Shown here: positions 50,561 to 63,648 of the stretch, in pieces | Position numbering within the stretch: position 1 is the stretch's first letter | Layout of the letters: each line of letters begins with the position of its first letter | NCBI RefSeq assembly: GCF_001194135.2 | Contig: NC_068996.1 | Coordinates: 9,378,128 to 9,442,127 of the forward strand | DNA: 64,000 nucleotides | Direction of reading: 5' to 3' | From: Octopus bimaculoides | Taxonomy: Eukaryota | Position numbers and translations under genes: made by a program | Notes under the pieces: generated by a model | The model's input: only the letters and a program-made list of their open reading frames with translations | Told to the model about the DNA's origin: nothing | Databases searched by the model: none

Positions 50561-52308
50561 CTACTAACTTATGTGTGAGTGTGTGTGTGTGTGTGGTACT
50601 AGAGCTGATTTGTTTGACTAAACTCATCAAGGTTGTGCCCCAACATGGCCCCAGCTTGATCACTGTAACAAGTAAAAACAGGAGATAAATTGTTTTGTGC
50701 AAACAATGCTTAGTTCCTCACAGTTTGTGTGTGTGTGGTTAACTCCTATACTGTATAAGCATGTGGAGAACGAATTTTGTGAATGTCCTATTTTCTCATG
50801 CTCTCATGGGTTAGGTATATCTGCTGTGCCAACATATTATTGTCATTACTTCTGAATACCATGTCACTTTGTTTGACCCAGCATTCTAAGATTTGACCTC
50901 TCCATCTGCCTATGTCTACCTTGGCCTTCACCGCTTTTTCAACCAGCCATCATTGTCCATTTGCATAATATGCATTGTACAGCTGCAAGCAAGCCAACGT
51001 GCTAGAAATAGTTGTCGAATTTTCTTTAAATCACAGGACTTACCTACCATCTTTAAAAAAAAGAAAATGGAAATGTTGGATAATGTTAAGGTACTAGAAA
51101 CTTCTAAACACCGCCCCCCCCCCACACACACACACACCCAAAAGACAGGAAGACCATGGTTGAAATAATTTTCATCATAGATCTGCTCAATTATGGCTCA
51201 CCTGCAGATAATTGTCACTTACCAATGCAGGTATTTCATATATTATAACAGTAAGGAAATATTACCTTATTTGAAAACAGGTAAGGGTTGGTGATAGGAA
51301 ATGCATCCAGTCCTCACTGCATAGAAAACTTGCCTCAACAAATTCTGCCTGACCCATACAAGCGTGGAAAAGTGGATGTTAAAATACGATGATGTTATAT
51401 TTTAGTTGATATTTGTTAGTTCATGGTGCCACATAAAAAAGCCTGTGTGGCACCACATAAAAGCATCTGTACAGTGCCATGTAAAAGGCACCCAGTGCAC
51501 TCTGTAAAGCGGTTGGTATTAGGAAGGGCTTCTATCCATACAAACCATACCAAATCAGACTGGAGCAGCTCCTCAAGTTTACCAGCCCTGGTTAAACCAT
51601 CCAACCTATGCCAGCATGGGCAACAGACATTAAATGATGATGGTGGCGGTGGTGGTGATGAAAACAATGAAGTTAGTTGTTCCATCCTGTGTGTTGTATA
51701 TATCCCCACCATCTGTTGATAGGCTTCAAAGCCCTCTTGAAATATTCAGTGCCATCTGATCATTCTGAATTCTCTTACCTTCTCAGTACAGTTTTTTGCA
51801 TGCTGGGGATCTTGGTTCTGTAGGACATGGCTAGCCACTAACATTCACCATTTTGTTACCTTTTCTTAGAATCTTCATCATGACAATATTGTAGAGACTT
51901 CTTCACTACTGATATAATTATGGTAGGAAATTCTGGTATTTTTCCTCTATCAGCTTTGTTGAAAGACACTAAATTTCGGTAGTGGTTGTAAGTGATAATT
52001 GTATGCGCACGCACACAAATGTGTTAAAGATGAAATCAAGATTCTTGCTTTTAACTGCTGGCAGTTTCAGAACTTTTCATCTCCTTTTCTTCAGACTAAA
52101 CAACATGTGGTAAGTATTGGATAGTAGAGTTTACAACTGGAATGGTCAGAGCAAGCCAGTAACATCCAATGCCAAAACGAATGCGTTGAAGGATTTATAA
52201 AGAAATTATTCAAATAGCCCAGGACTCAATCACAGGCTGCTGCACTTGAAGAAAGACAGCTAAAACGCTTTGAAACTTTTAATAGTTCACAGCCTGAGCT
52301 TTTAGTTT

Positions 52309-52352
<44 letters not shown>

Positions 52353-52399
52353 CACGTGTGTATTACAGTTTTTAAAAAACAGTGTGTGTACATATATGT

Positions 52400-53620
52400 A
52401 TATCATCCTCATCATTTAGTGTCTGTTTTCCATGCTGGTATGGGTTAGATGGTTTGGAACTGGTAAGCTGGAGAGCTGTGCTAGGCTCCAGTCTGATTTT
52501 GGCTTAGTTTTTACAGCTGGTTGCCTTTCCTAATGCCAACCACTCCAAGAGTGTAGTGGGTGCTTTTTATGCGTCACTGGCACGAGTGCCTGATACATGT
52601 TACCAGCACACAAGCGTCCTTACATTGTGCCCCTTATATGTCACTAGCACAAGTGACTTTTGCATGTCACCAGCATGGGTGCCTTTTATGTGTCACCAGC
52701 ACTAGCCACAACTATGATTTCACTTTGCTTGGCAAGTCTTTTCAAGCACAGCAAACCGCCAGTAGTTTCAGCCATTTGTCATTGCCTCCATGAGACCCAA
52801 CATCCGAAGATCATGCTTCACCACCTCGTCCCATGTTTCCTGGGTCTACCTCTTCTGCAGGTTCCCTCCACAGTTGGAGATTGGCTCTTCCTTACATAGC
52901 TGTACTCATCCATATGCATCACATGACCATACGAATGCAGTTGACTCTCTTACACACCACACTTGATAATTCATGCCTAATTTTTCTCTAAAGATGCTTA
53001 CACTCTGTTGTACATGCACACTGACATTGCACATTCAGTGGAGCATGCCAGCTTCATTTCTTTCAAGCCTACACATGTCCTCAGCTGTCACAACCCATGT
53101 TTCACTGCCATGTAGCATGGCTGTTTTCACACAGGCATCATACAATCTACCTTTCACTCTGAAGGAGAGGCCCTTTGTTACCAACAAGGGTAGGAGCTCT
53201 CTGAACTTTGCCCAGCCTATTCTTGTTCTAGCAGCTACACTCTTGGAACCCCCCCCCCTACTGCTGCCTTGATCTCCTAGCTAACGAAAGCTATCGATGA
53301 CTTTTAGGTATCATCCCATCTGGCACTTGAAGAAGTCTATTTTCTATTCATTTCTGGTGTTTATACCTGCTCATCTGCCACACACAAAGATTATATTCTC
53401 TGTTAACCTTCCTCTCATGTTGCTCCAACTCTTTTGTGTCCATAGTTTGCACCAGGTATATATTATGGAGTTTTTACCTATGCCTTTTCTACAGATTGAG
53501 CAGGGCCATCTCTCTCTGAAGGGATCTATGATTTGTCTGTTTTCAAACAAATAACAGATATCTCCAGGGATCAGTGCATATATATATGTATATATTATAT
53601 TATCATTTCCGAACAATTTG
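52400..53620 (-). mobile_element. Decayed RTE-clade LINE 3' portion: Cys-rich segment, ORF end, 3' UTR and (GAT)n tail
   Basis: WPCSICRKGIGKNSIIYTWCKLWTQK, KVIDSFR*LGDQ, GWAKFRELLPLL, LHGSETW and RGRPRKTWDEVVKHDLR, continuous with the family-D tail. Confidence 0.85.
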
Positions 53621-53679
53621 AAGATACAGGGGCTACTAGTTGAAAACATCACATACTGGTTACTAACAGGCTTTATACA

Positions 53680-54026
53680 TGTCTGTGTGGTAAGTAGCTT
53701 GCTTCCCAACCACATGGTTCCGGGTTCAGTCCCACTGTGTGGTACCTTGGGCAAGTGTCTTTTACTATAGCCTCGAGCTGACCAAAGCCTTGTGGGTGAT
53801 TTGGTAGACGGAAACTGAAAGAAGGCCATTGTATATATCTATATCTGCTTGTGTCTGTATTTGTTGGTGTGTTTACGTCCTCGTAACTTAACGGTTTGAC
53901 AAAGGAGACTGATAGAATAAGTACTAGGCTTACAAAGAATAAGTCCTGGAGTCGATTTCTTCAATTAAAAGATCCTTTAAGGAAGTGCTCCAGCATGGCC
54001 ACAGTCAAATGACTGAAATAAAAGAA
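53680..54026 (+). mobile_element. SINE family A, inserted at the 5'-truncated end of the RTE fragment
   Basis: Full head, core and tail. Confidence 0.8.
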
Positions 54027-54441
54027 TATATATAGTGAGGGCACATGGCTTAGTGTTTAGGGTGTTGCAATCATGATCACAAGATCGTGGTTTTAATTCC
54101 TTGACCGTGTGGTACGTTTGTTTCTGGAGCAAAGCACTTCATTTCACATTCTGCGATCACTTCGACACATGACACATGGTACACCTGGGTGCACCTGGAG
54201 AGAGCGAGGAGCTAATGTGCAACGCATACATTGATCATTAAGGAAGTCATTTCTGCAGGTCGTTGAACAAGAGCTGAACACTCATATGTCATCTTTGACG
54301 TGAGATTCCATCATATATATATATATACACATATGTATATACCAATGAAAATATGTATGTATAAAAGACAGCGTGTGCTGTATTTACATACACGAATACT
54401 CTCTCTCGTATATATATATGTATATATATATATATATAACT

Positions 54442-54636
54442 ATTGCTGCGTGGAAGGTGTTTATAAGCCATTTAAGAAACACGCAAAAACTGTTAGATTC
54501 ACTTCAACATTTGAATTTAATTTGCCAAAATATTTTCATCGCTTTTATTTCTGCAAATTAAATTTAAATGTTGAAGTGAATTTAACAGTTTTTGTGTGTT
54601 TCTTAAATGGCTAATAAACACCTTCCACGCTGCAAT
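54442..54636. repeat. Near-perfect 84-bp inverted repeat (hairpin) with a 27-nt loop
   Basis: Arms 54442-54525 and 54553-54636 differ at 5 positions; 3 of these are G.U wobbles on the + strand. Flanked by (TA)n. Confidence 0.92.
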
Positions 54637-55762
54637 TGTTTTCGTTCCAGCACACGATCTCAGATCAGGTCGCTTGCTATGCAAGTACATCTCCGTAATA
54701 TATATATATATATATATATATGTCCCTTCTTTGATCACTTGATGTCCTTTTGAATTTTTAATCTTTAATTGTTGATATGACATAGTGTGTCACATATGTT
54801 TGTATATTGTCTTTATTGTCCTTTTGGTTGAAAAATAAACAGGTTAATTAACATAGTACAGTGTCTGCAAGTTGATGAGTACCACATATTCCCCTCCATT
54901 TTCTTATTGCTATATATATATATATATATACACACACAGACATACACATATATGGAGTGAGGAGTGACTGTCTGTATGCGTGTATGTATATACATATACA
55001 CTATATATAACTTTACCTTGACCTATGTTCAAATTGTTCACATAGGTTCAATGTGTGTGTGTATATGTTTGCCCGAATGTATATATTATGTGTGTACACA
55101 TTTATCTGCATGAACCAAGAAGCAAGTAAAATAATATTTAAGTCCATACGAAGGTAATCCTGGCTCGGGGTAAATATTTTCTTACCCAACTCGCATAAAA
55201 AAAAGATAAACAAAGACTTTTCTTACTTCTCTTTTATGTATTTATTTACCAAAGTTGTCCGCTGCGTCAGATGCATTCCATGTCATAATCTTGGACAGAA
55301 ATTCTTCTTCATACATAATACTAAGCCAGGCTTTAAGCTTTCATTCTCATATGTCATATTTTCATAGGCTGGTTGGCTGACTGGCTGGTTGGTCTGGCAC
55401 TTTGGTCTGATTGACTTTTTAGTCTCGTTTTTTTTTTTTTTTTTTTTTTTTTTTTGGTGTTTACTTTATCTTTTTAGTAGTGTACAACTCTACTCTTACT
55501 TTGCCTTTGTTTATTTTTCTGTGGCTTAACTGAAATGCTAAAGCAAATTTTGAAAAGAATGGTCTTTTGTTATTATTATTATTATTATTAGCATTATTAT
55601 TATTATTATCTAAGGCAGCGAGCTAGAAGAATCGTTAGAACACTGGGCAAAATGCTTAGCGGTATTTCATCCGCCTTTACATTCCTAGTTCAAATTCCAC
55701 TGAGGTCGACTTTGCCTTTCATCCTTTTGGGGTCAATAGGCCTTGTGCCTTTAGTAGAAAGG

Positions 55763-55821
<59 letters not shown>

Positions 55822-56076
55822 CATGAAAGTCAATGAGCTGGCAGAATCATTAGCATGCCAGGCAAAATATTTAGCAACATTTTATCTGTCTTTACATTCT
55901 GAGTTCAAATTTCACCAAGGTTGACTTCAATTTTCATCCTTTTGAGGTCAATAAAATAAATACCAGTTGGACACTGGGATCAATGTAATCAACTTACCTC
56001 TTTCCCCAAATTTGCTGGCCTTGTACCAGAATTTGAAGTCATTATTGTTATCGTCATTATTATTATTATTATTATT

Positions 56077-56767
56077 CAGTAGTTTTATTTTTATAACGTG
56101 TTTCACTTCACTACCGAGCGCAGCTCTGTGCGCCTTGGGTATGTGCTGTGGTTTGCTGTGGTGCTCTTATGTTTACTGTATTGAAAGTGTTTTGCGTAGA
56201 ATGTGTGCAGTACCCAGTAGTGCAATTTTCTGTATGTTATATATATTTGTAAGTCCTGGTGTTTTTGTTATGTATTTGTCTGAATATTTTTTTATTATAC
56301 CTAAGGCACCTACTATGATAGGAATTGTTTCTGTTTTTAGATTCCACATTCGAGTTATCTCTATTTCCAGGTCTTTGTATTTTGAAAGTTTTTCCATTTC
56401 TTTTAGAGAAANNNNNNNNNNNNNNNNNNNNNNNNNNNNNNNNNNNNNNNNNNNNNNNNNATCTGTGTGTATTGGCATATCCCAGAGTATGGTTGCTTTC
56501 TCGTTTTCTGTGATCTTTTCTGGCGTGTGTTTATACCATCTTTTTTCTGTTGCTATTCCATAATGTTGGCATAGCTTCCAGTGTATATAGGTCCCAGCTC
56601 TGTCGTGTCTGTGAATATATTCCTTCTTAGCCAGGACTGGGCAGCCAGAGATAATATGATTTATTGTTTCTTGTCGATCTCCACATATTCTACAGTTACT
56701 TGTTATATTTCTTTTCATTATGTGTTTTTGGTAATTTCTGGTGGGGAGGCTTTGGTCTTGTGCAGCA

Positions 56768-56770
<3 letters not shown>
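56077..56770 (-). mobile_element. 5'-truncated R4/Dong-clade non-LTR retrotransposon (CCHC knuckle, RLE endonuclease region, 3' UTR)
   Basis: IAAQDQSLPTRNYQ...CRICGDRQETINHIISGCPVLAKKEYIHRHD...ILWDMPIHTD [gap] SLKEMEKLSKYKDLEIEITRMW...IPIIVGALG...QKIALLGTAHILRKTLSIQ*. (ATT)n on both sides. The PD..D motif falls in the N gap. Confidence 0.9.
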
Positions 56771-56821
<51 letters not shown>

Positions 56822-56899
56822 GACATTGCACAGTATCCAATATCGTGATGTTGTTGGTTAAAAACATTGTGTCTACTGGTGGGGTTTGTACTGTTTGTC

Positions 56900-57110
56900 A
56901 ATTCACAACAAGGACCTCAGACAGACAGTACTTTACGCAATATGCATGCAGTTCCAAGTAATGCTGACTTTTGCAATACATCTAGATTGTAGGTTATTTC
57001 TGAAGTTTTCAGATGTTTTTTCAAATTGGGTGGTATTGAACCCAATGCTCCAATGACAATAGGGATAACCTTTATGTTCGACTCTTGTAGCTGCCACATC
57101 CTAGCAATCT
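56900..57110 (-). mobile_element. C-terminal fragment of a second RLE-type non-LTR element
   Basis: MWQLQESNIKVIPIVIGALGSIPPNLKKHLK...LQKSALLGTACILRKVLSV matches the RLE C-terminus motif seen in the adjacent element. Confidence 0.8.
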
Positions 57111-57447
57111 CAATTCTCAGCTCTCCATATTTATCAAATTATTATTATTATTAATAATATTAAAGGTGGCAAGCTTGGCAGAACTATTGGCACACCAGAC
57201 AAAATGCTTAGTGGGATTCTATCGGTCTTTTCATTCTGAGTTCAAATTTCACCAAGGTTCACTTTGCCTTTCATCCTTTTGGGGTGGAGTAAGACTTGAT
57301 GAAACAAGTACCTGTCAAGCATTGGGGTTAATGAAATAAGTACCAGTGGAGTACTGAGGGTCAATGAAATCGACTTATCCGCTCCCTTGAAATTGCTGGT
57401 CCTGTGCCAAAATTTGAAACCGTTACTGTTAATGTTATTATTATTAC

Positions 57448-57507
<60 letters not shown>

Positions 57508-58094
57508 AGGTGGCAAGCTGGCAAAATTGCTAGCACCTAGACAAAATGGTAAGCTGGCTAGCCAGGCAAAACGCTTAGCGGTATTTTGTCTGTCTTTACA
57601 TTCTGAGTTCAAATTCCACCAAATAAAATAAGTGCCAGTTGAACACTGGGGTCGATGTAACTGAGCAGTCCCCTCCCCTCAAATTTTAGGCTTTGTGCCT
57701 TTAGTAGAAAGGATTATTATTATTATTGGTAGAATCGTTAAAGCATTAGAAAAAAATGCTACTTGGTATTTGTTCTGGCTCTTTGATGTTCCAAGTTTAA
57801 ATCTCCACAGATTTCATCCTTCCAGTGCCAATAAAATAAAGTATTAGCTTATTCCTCCATCGCCTAAGAAATTGTTGGTTTTGACCCTAAATTAGAAACA
57901 ATATTTAATCCTTCAATGTTTAAAGGGGTTGTATCCAGCCCAAATATTCTACCTGATTTACGATCAAACTGGCCAGATCCAGCCTTTCATACCTACTCTA
58001 CAGTGTCATCCTAAAGATAAATAATCACTTCATTGAAATCTCAAAGTCATGAGATAATGCATGATTATCTCAAATCGAAATCGAACTGAATCCG

Positions 58095-58652
58095 ACAACT
58101 GGCACCAATGCCAACCTCTCCTTCATTGGACACTAAACTCTGCTTGCGAAGACCTGTTGGGGCAAGTGAAATCATAATTGAACCATACTCAATGACTGGT
58201 CACCGCGCCAGTGGAGCACTAACAGCACTGTCCGAGCGTGTTCATTGCCAGAGCAGCTGTCTGGCTTCCATGCTGGTGGCCCATAACTAGCACCATTTGA
58301 GTGTAATCGTTACCAGCGTCGCCTTCTAGCACTTGTGCTGGTGGCACGTTAGAAAATCATTCGAGCGAGGTCATTGCCAGTGCAGCTGGACTGGTTCCCG
58401 TGCAGGTGGCACGTAAAAAACACCATTTTGAGTGTGGCTGTTGCCAGTACTATGTGACTGGCCCTCGTGCGGGTGGCACGTAAAAGCACCCACTACACTC
58501 TCAGAGTGGTTGGCGTTAGGAAGGGCATCCAGCTGTAGAAATCCTGCCAGATCAGATTGGAGCCTGGTGCAGCCTTCTGGCTTGCCAGTCCTCAGTGAAA
58601 TCGTCCAACCCATGCTAGCATGGAAAGCAGATGTTAAATGATGATGATGATG
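58095..58652 (+). mobile_element. Family D repeat, long copy with internal GGCACGT subrepeats
   Basis: Same tail; colinear with 15325-15758. Confidence 0.8.
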
Positions 58653-59166
58653 GTGATTGTGAATAAATAAACAGTTACATTTGACCAAGTAGGGTCGCAA
58701 GCTGGCAGAATCATATGAGCATCAGGAAAAATACTTTGCTGTTCTTGAGTGTTAAATAAGAGAATGCCATTTGGTGGCATACTGGCATAATGCTTAGTGG
58801 CATTTCATCCATCTTTACATTCTGAGTTCAGATTCCACTGCAGCCAAATTTACCATTCGTCCTTTCAGGGTCGATAAATTAAGTTATCAGTCAAGTTGAT
58901 ATACTCAACTAGCCCCATTTCCCTGAAATATCAGGCCTTGTACCGTTACTCTTTTTTTTTCACTCTTACTTGTTTCAGTCATTTGATTGTGGCCATGCTG
59001 GAGCACCGCCTTCATTCAAGCAATTTGACCCCAGCGCTTATTTTTTGTAAGCCTAGTACTTATTTTATCAGTCTCTTTTGCCGAACTGCTAAGTTATGGG
59101 GATGTAAACACACCACCATCGGTTGTCAAGCGATGTTGGGGAGAACAAACATATACACACATACAC

Positions 59167-59219
<53 letters not shown>

Positions 59220-59616
59220 TATATACGACGGGCTTCTTTTCAGTTTCCGTCTACCAAATCCACTTACAAGGCTTTGGTCGGTCCGAGGCTATAGTAGAAG
59301 ACACTTGCCCAAGGTGTCATGCGGTGGGACTGAACCCGGAACCATGGGGTTGGTAAGCAAGCTACTTACCACACAGCCACTCTGTTTAGCAGAAAGGATT
59401 ATTATTATCATTATTATTTCTCTAGCCATTTTACTGGATATTATTTAGTTTTGCATTTTGTGGGAGAACTTACAATACATAAGTCTCAGGAAATTATTTC
59501 AGCCTCCCTTGTGTATCTTTCTGTTTACTTGTCTCTATCAATTATCATATTCATATGTCTGTCTGTATCTGTCTACATCTTTCCTCATATCCCTCTTTCT
59601 TTCTCTCTCCCATTCT

Positions 59617-59652
<36 letters not shown>

Positions 59653-61375
59653 CCCCTCTCTCCAATCAATAAACATATTAGAAGTGACCAAAATCCTAAT
59701 TAGAAATATCGACAATAATTTCTGACCCAGTGATTATTAGTATTATTAGTAATAATTTCTTTGAAATTTTTTTTTGTCTCCGACCCCCCCCCCGCCACCT
59801 TTACATCTGAGAATTTGGTTCTGTTGTCAACATTTGTGTCACATGGTTTAATTGCTCTGTTCACAAGTCATGTGACTTTAGTGTAATTTGTTCAACTCTC
59901 CTGACTTGTAATCAACATCATTTAACACCTTGTTAATTACTACCTGCATCATCATCATCATCATAATCATCGGTTCATTGATCATCATCATCATAGGGCA
60001 TTGGATTAACAGAATAGAGCATCGGAGAAAATATTTTACCATACTTTACATTCTGAGTTCCAAATCCTGCCAAGGTCAGCTTTACCTTTCATCCTTTAGG
60101 GAGTGGCGTTAGGAAGGGCATCCAGCTGTAGAAACTCTGCCAGATCAGATTGGAGCCTGGTGCAGCCATCTGGTTTCACCAGTCCTCAGTCAAATCGGCC
60201 AACCCATGCCAGCATGGAAAGCGGACGTTAAATGACGACGATGATGATGATGATGATGAAAGTACCAGTCAAGTACCAAAGCTGATATTACTGATTAACT
60301 CCTGCCCCTCAAAATTTCTGGCCTTGTGCCTTAATTAGAAACAAATATTACTTATATTAATCACATTGTCATCATCATCATTATCATCAGCATAACTATT
60401 ATCACCAACACCATCATCATCATCATCAGTGTTATCATCACTATTTATACCATTGTTATCGTCAACTAATCAACAAATATACGTACCGACACATTGTAAC
60501 TAATAGGACATTTTTCTCTCTTTTTTTTTTTTTTCTTTTGTCTGTTCTTTTTACACCTTTGCAGCATTTCCAAAGTATGTCAACCCCATTCTGTTTTGAC
60601 TGGTAATTTGAGTTTAACTTACATCTGCCATAATAAAACAACTAACAAAGAGGAAATTTAATTCCTTTGTTAGTTGTTTCTCTTCAAATACATGACTTGT
60701 TTCAGTTTGAAATTTAGTTGTTATTAAGCTGATATGTGGTAAAATAAATCAGTATGGAATTTTCTTGGAAGGTTTTCTATTACGATCACTTCACGCTCAG
60801 AAATTCTTTATCATATGAATGGTCTTGGTGGATGAGCTGGTATCATAAGGGTTAAATTTTGTTTTAATAAACATTACTATTTTTTTTCTCTTTTAAGTTC
60901 AATTAATAAAAATAGTACAATGTTATTTCATTTGTTGATGAATTGTGAAGGCACGTGGCATAGTGGTTAAGGTATTCAGCTCACAATATTAAAGTTGTGA
61001 GTTCAATCCCCAGTGGCACATTGTGTCCTTCAGCAAGACACTTTATTTCACGTTGCTCCAGTCTACTCAGTTGGCAAACATGAGTTGTACATGTAAATGA
61101 AAAGGGCTAGCCTTGTCACATTGTGTGTCACACTGAATCTCCCTGATAGTTACATTAAAGGTTTGCTTGTCTGTGGAGTGCTCGGCCACTTGCACATAAC
61201 TTTGGCATGCACACTGTTCCATTGATTGGATTACTGGAACCACCGTCTTTGTAACTAACAGAGTACCAGTTGATGAATTAATGATGAACAGATGCCAGAA
61301 GCAAAGCAAACACAGTCTTCTGACTTAATCTACTCAATTCTTAATTGCAGTAATTAAGAACCATATAGTATAGAT

Positions 61376-61866
61376 CTGTGGTTCTCAATCTTTTTTGTTT
61401 TCCTATGGTTTCTAATTTATTCTATTGGCCCATCATAGCCATTCAGTATTTATTAAAAAAATTCCTACTGTATTTTTATAATTAAATAGTCTTTTCTACT
61501 CTAAGCTCAAGGCCCAAAATTTTTGGGAGGGGACCAGTTGATTTGATAGACCCCAGTACACAACTGGTACTTAATTTATTGACGCCTAAAGGATGAAAGG
61601 CAAAGTCAACCTCGGCGGAATTTGAACTCAGAATGTAAAGACAGGCGAAATACCGCTAAGCATTTTGCCCGGCATGCTAACGTTTCTGCCAGCTCGCCAC
61701 CTTTTTATAATTAAATATTTGGAATTATATAAAAAAAATTGTTAAAATATTTTGTGTGTTGTAGAAGCTTAAGTAATTTACTGCACATAAACTTTGACAA
61801 AAACATCTTATATGGACCCTGCCTCATATAAGATGGGGACTTATGGACCCTAGTTAAGAACCAATG
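61376..61866. mobile_element. hAT-like MITE with a nested SINE
   Basis: Ends CTGTGGTTCTCAATC ... GTTAAGAACCAATG; interrupted by the SINE at 61489-61701. Confidence 0.6.
61489..61701 (-). mobile_element. SINE family B with a 16-bp TSD
   Basis: TSD TTTTTATAATTAAATA at 61473-61488 and 61702-61717. Confidence 0.88.
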
Positions 61867-62088
61867 ATAATAGATTATTGAATATGAAGTGGGAAAAAAG
61901 TTGGGTGGAGGAATATTGATTTTACACAATTCCTGTCTTCTGTGAGCTCTGACTTCAAATTCTTTTCTCCTCTTACACTTATTGGAAAATCGATGGTTGT
62001 GAGGTTGTAAAGTTTGCTTTGGAACCATGTAGCTTTTTGGGTTCAGCATACCATCTCCTGACTTGTTTCTTTTTATTTTCTATTTCAG

Positions 62089-62291
62089 GCACTATAACAA
62101 ATCCCTGGATGGTGCAATGTCACCTCCTGTTGTTACTACGACTTCCAAAACACAATTCATGTCTTCCATGAGCTGTGATACCTTCTCAGACAGCTCGAAA
62201 AAGAGAAGGGTCCATAGATGTGATTTTGAAGGATGCCACAAAGTTTATACCAAAAGCTCGCATTTAAAAGCTCATCGAAGAACGCACACAG
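62089..62291 (+). CDS. KLF3/8/12-like: Internal coding exon of a Kruppel-like factor, containing the basic NLS and zinc finger 1
   Basis: Acceptor ttttattttctatttcag|G, then [68 protein letters not shown], then donor ACAG|GTCGGT. [31 protein letters not shown] is the KLF finger-1 signature, closest to KLF3/8/12. A phase-1 intron after HTG is typical of KLF genes. Fingers 2-3 lie beyond the window. Confidence 0.92.
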
Positions 62292-62984
62292 GTCGGTATC
62301 CTTCTTATCTTTCTCCCTTTCTCTCTCTCTCCCTCACTCCCTCTCCTCCCTCTCTTCTCCACTGCTGGATACCTATTTCTATCCCTCTGTCATACTCTAA
62401 CCTCACATCGCCTGGCACAAATCCACTCCACTCAATACTACTACTCACTTCATTTGAGGGTCTTGGTGACCTCACCGGTGCTGGTGCCACATAAAAAGTA
62501 CCCAGTGCTCTTTGTAAAGTGCTTGACATTATTAAAAGCACCCAGCCATAGAAATCACGCCAAAGGAACCTGACACAGTCTTCTGACTTGTCAGCTCCTG
62601 TCAACCCATCCCACTCATGCCTGCATGGAAAACAGACATTAAATGATGATGATGATGTTTAAGTGTGTTGTGTGGCTTTTTATTACTTTCTCTTCTCTTC
62701 TGCTTTATCTCTTGCTCATGCTTTCTTTTCTCTTAAATCCTTTTAAGTGAAATTGTATGAGTATTAGTACACATAATATGTAAAGCATGCAAATCCTTTT
62801 CATTCTCTTACTAATGTCAATCATTAGACCGCAACCAAAACTGGAACACAGTGGTTTTTAATTGTTTTATTTTTTTGTTTGTTTTAGTCATATTGATCCT
62901 AGAATTCATCTAGTATGTCATGTGAAAAGAAATTGTAACTCTCTCTCACACACACACATATTTTTAAGGTATATTCCATCTGGA

Positions 62985-63030
<46 letters not shown>

Positions 63031-63103
63031 TACTAAATGAATAGATATTCAAAAATATTTATATAGATATTGTTAATTATTATCATTAGTAAAAATGAAT
63101 AAT

Positions 63104-63447
63104 AGGGATGACCCCCTTTGATCATGACTGACCATGGGATTGCACCTAGAAAGTTCCCCTCCAAGACACAAGCCCAGGCAAAGTTGTTCTATGGAAGACC
63201 AGCAGTCACCCATGCATACCAGCCTCCCCTCTGCACGCCACTGATGTTATCCAAGGGAAAGGCAAAGGGGCCGATACAGCTAGGCACCAGTGACATCGCA
63301 ACTCATTTCTACAGCTGAGTGAACTGGAACAATGTGAAATAAAGTGTCTTGCTCAAGAACACAACACGCAGCCCTCTCTGGGAATCAAACTCACAACCTC
63401 ATGATTGTAAGCTCAATGCTCTAACAACTTAAGCCATGCGCCTTCGA
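63104..63447 (-). mobile_element. SINE with a family-C-like head and a different 3' body
   Basis: Minus strand begins GAAGGCGCATGGCTTAAGTTGTTAGAG...GAGTTTGATTCCC...CTTGAGCAAGACACTTTATTTC. Confidence 0.7.
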
Positions 63448-63605
63448 AATGAATAATAACAACAATAATCTAAGTGGCCAGCACGCAAAAGCCGATAAAT
63501 GGCAAATCCAAATTGATTTATAATTATGATTGGGCACATGAGGTGCCAGCGTTTGGTAGACAGAAACTGAAAGAAGCCCGTTGTATACATATATATGTAT
63601 GTATG

Positions 63606-63648
<43 letters not shown>

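Noticed and set aside
62292-62494. Continuation of the KLF ORF past HTG (RYPSYLSPF...)
   Set aside because: Intronic CT-rich sequence after the donor; the finger linker EKP is missing.
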